Below are positions 61,816 through 64,000 of a stretch of 64,000 nucleotides of DNA, one piece after another. A model generated the notes under the pieces. The model was not told the DNA's origin. It made no database searches and worked only from the letters and a program-made list of their open reading frames with translations. The first letter of the stretch is position 1. Each line of letters begins with the position of its first letter. The position numbers and the translations under genes were made by a program. Source of the DNA: Bryobacterales bacterium. Lineage in GTDB: Bacteria > Acidobacteriota > Terriglobia > Bryobacterales > UBA6623. The DNA lies in assembly GCA_965204435.1 (NCBI GenBank), contig OZ241997.1, forward strand, positions 5,817,132-5,881,131, read 5' to 3'.

Positions 61816-64000
61816 ATGACCACTGCGAAGAAGGGCCATCCGGGACCGAGCGGGGCCCGGCATCGAGGGGCCAAGGTGCGCTTTCGCCTCGGCTTCCTCA
61901 ACCGGCTCGCCCGATTCGTGCGGACTCCGCTCGGAACTGTGTTGCTGGGCGTGTGCCTGGTCGCCGGCGTGGTCGGCGGCGTTGTGTACAACCATTTCTA
62001 CTGGAAGTACAGCGCGATCATTGACTTGCGCCTAGATGGCGGCGCGTTTGACCGGACTGCCCGCTTCTTGGCCACGCCTCGCACGATTTCTGTCGGCGAC
62101 CCGGGGGCCGTGGCGGCAATCGCTCGCAACCTGCGAGCCGCCGGCTACACGCGCGATACGGACAACCGCGTCGGCTGGTACGAACTCGGCGACGGCCACA
62201 TCGAGATCCAACCCGGCCCCCTGTCGCACTTCACACCCGACCCCGCCCGCATCTCTGTCGAAGATTCCCGCATCGCCGAGATTGTCCTGACAGAGACCGG
62301 CGAGGAGTTGGAGGCCTACCAGATCGAGCCCGAGCTGATCACGAACCAGTTCGACCAAGAGCGCTCCAAGCGTCGGCTGTTCAAGTTCAGCGACTATCCC
62401 CAGCACCTGATCGATGCGGTCATTGCGATCGAGGACCACCGGTTCTACTCGCACCACGGCATCGACTTCATCCGCACCACCGGAGCGGCGATCGAGGGCC
62501 TGAGGGAGTGGAAGCGGCCCAGGGGAACGTCAACGCTGAGCCAGCAACTCGCCCGCAACTTCTTCCTCACGAGGGAAACGACGGTGAAGCGCAAGCTTGC
62601 CGAGGCCATGATCGCCATCCAACTCGAGGGTCGGCTGACCAAGGAGCAGATCTTCGAGAACTACTCGAACCAAGTCTTCATGGGACGGCAGGGCAGCTTC
62701 AACGTGCACGGCTTCGGGGAGGCCGCGCGGGGCTTCTTCGACAAGGACGTGCGCGATGTGACCCTGCCCGAGGCGGCCCTGATGGCCGGCTTGCCCCAAG
62801 GGCCCAGCTACCTCAACCCGTACCGCTACCCCGAGCGGGCCAAATTCAGGCGCAACCAGGTGCTGTCGGCAATGCTGCGCGAGGGCTTCATCGACGACGC
62901 GACTTTCGAAGAGGCCTCGGCCGCGGAGATCGAGCTGTCGCGCGGGCACATGGAGTCGCGCGACGCGCCGTACTACATCGACTTGGTCAACAAGAGCCTC
63001 ACAGGCCATTTCGAGACGGACGATCTCGTCACGAAGAACTACTGGGTGTACACCACGCTGGACAAGCGCCTGCAGGAATTTGCGGTCGAAGCCGTCCGCG
63101 ACGGCATGAAGCTCGTGGATGAACGTATCGCCCGGCAGCGCCGCTACCGCGACCAGGAGCCCCCGCGCGCGCAGGTCGCGCTCGTCGCGATGGACCCCCG
63201 CACGGGCGAAATCAAGGCGGTTGTGGGCGGCCGGGACTACGGCGGCAGCCAGCTCAACCGCGCGCTGGCAAGGCGTCAGCCGGGTTCGGTCTTCAAGCCG
63301 TTCGTGTTCGCGGCCGCGCTTGACACAGTCTTGGACCGCGAGCGCCGGCTGACCATCGACCGCGGCTACGGCCACGCGCTGCCCGAGTACGCCCGCTCGC
63401 AGTATCCGCCGCCTCCCGGCGTGCTGACGCCGAGCACCCTGGTGCTCGACGAGCCCACTTCTTTCGAGTTCAGCGAATTGCAGCCGCCCTACGAGCCGTC
63501 GAACCACCTTGACCACTACTACGGACTGATCAGCCTGCGCTACGCGCTGATGCGCTCGATCAACGTCGCGACGGTGAAAGTGGGGCAGATGGCCGGCTAC
63601 CAGCGGGTGCTAGATCTTGCCCGCCGCGCCGGAATGGGAAGCGAGTTCCTGCCGGTCCCCTCCATGTTTCTCGGCACGTACGAGGTCACGCCGGTCGAAG
63701 TCGCCGCGGCATACTCATCGTTCGCCAATGGCGGCGTGCGCGTCGAGCCCCGCTTCGTGCGCTACGTGCGCGACGATGCAGGCGGGACGCTGTACCAGAG
63801 CGAGGTCGAACAACAGCCGGTGATGGACACCCGCGTGGCCTACATGGTGACGCACATCATGCAGGATGTGATCCGGCACGGCTCGGGCATTCGGGCACGG
63901 TTTACGTACGGCATCACCGACGCTGCGGGCAAGACCGGCACCGACGATGACGGGTGGTTCGCGGGCTTCACGAATGACCTGATTTGCGTGGTGTGGGTCG
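61816..64000 (+). CDS. mrcA: Class A penicillin-binding protein (GT51 transglycosylase plus transpeptidase), 3' end outside window
   Basis: Not in the ORF track because no stop falls within the window. My translation from ATG 61816 is open to 64000. It contains EDHRFYSHHGID, RGTSTLSQQLARN, RKLAEAMIAIQLE, PGSVFKPF (SxxK), SINV (SxN) and GKTGT. Confidence 0.9.
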   Translation, partial: MTTAKKGHPGPSGARHRGAKVRFRLGFLNRLARFVRTPLGTVLLGVCLVAGVVGGVVYNHFYWKYSAIIDLRLDGGAFDRTARFLATPRTISVGDPGAVAAIARNLRAAGYTRDTDNRVGWYELGDGHIEIQPGPLSHFTPDPARISVEDSRIAEIVLTETGEELEAYQIEPELITNQFDQERSKRRLFKFSDYPQHLIDAVIAIEDHRFYSHHGIDFIRTTGAAIEGLREWKRPRGTSTLSQQLARNFFLTRETTVKRKLAEAMIAIQLEGRLTKEQIFENYSNQVFMGRQGSFNVHGFGEAARGFFDKDVRDVTLPEAALMAGLPQGPSYLNPYRYPERAKFRRNQVLSAMLREGFIDDATFEEASAAEIELSRGHMESRDAPYYIDLVNKSLTGHFETDDLVTKNYWVYTTLDKRLQEFAVEAVRDGMKLVDERIARQRRYRDQEPPRAQVALVAMDPRTGEIKAVVGGRDYGGSQLNRALARRQPGSVFKPFVFAAALDTVLDRERRLTIDRGYGHALPEYARSQYPPPPGVLTPSTLVLDEPTSFEFSELQPPYEPSNHLDHYYGLISLRYALMRSINVATVKVGQMAGYQRVLDLARRAGMGSEFLPVPSMFLGTYEVTPVEVAAAYSSFANGGVRVEPRFVRYVRDDAGGTLYQSEVEQQPVMDTRVAYMVTHIMQDVIRHGSGIRARFTYGITDAAGKTGTDDDGWFAGFTNDLICVVWV

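Noticed and set aside
1-64000. CRISPR arrays, rRNA, integrase/recombinase genes, retron or DGR signatures
   Set aside because: None were recognised on either strand. The only repeats found are the IS copies, their internal 16-mers, the two gene-end duplications, and short palindromes.

Overview
High-GC bacterial chromosomal segment (hand counts give about 65% G+C in core genes). The gene content points to Acidobacteriota (Solibacter/Bryobacter-like) or a similar glycan-degrading lineage. It includes three PSCyt/DUF1549/DUF1553 proteins, two with DUF1501 partners, four Cys-type sulfatases, a CRTAC1/ASPIC-UnbV protein, a CarboxypepD_reg-type TonB-dependent receptor, and many TAT or lipoprotein signals. 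Core genes also include an M20 dipeptidase, a YchF-like GTPase, a SoxCD/SorAB-like sulfite dehydrogenase, an ADP-ribosylglycohydrolase, a GH38-like mannosidase, an SSS symporter, a GNAT, GGT, proS and a class A PBP that runs off the right edge. A minus-strand operon encodes an enolase-superfamily dehydratase, an SDR, a DapA-like aldolase and a sulfatase. Small accessory insertions are scattered through this core. (1) Two diverged copies of one IS1634/IS4-like element lie in inverted orientation at 1-536 (partial) and 30692-32866 (complete, 6-bp TSD). (2) Seven toxin-antitoxin-type loci are present: abiEi/abiEii, a hicB remnant, two tandem hicAB modules, higA with a higB remnant, a lone CopG/RHH gene, and two Phd-VapC pairs. 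(3) A lower-GC islet carries a lone P-loop ATPase with a winged-helix tail. Three observations stand out. First, two accessory cassettes are each bracketed by roughly 200-bp imperfect direct repeats that are duplicated host gene ends, with the redundant halves decaying. Second, most toxin genes are disabled while their antitoxin partners stay intact. Third, the ATPase islet splits what looks like one sugar-acid catabolic cluster. I saw no rRNA, tRNA or CRISPR array. All alignments and G+C figures are by eye or hand count and need computational confirmation.
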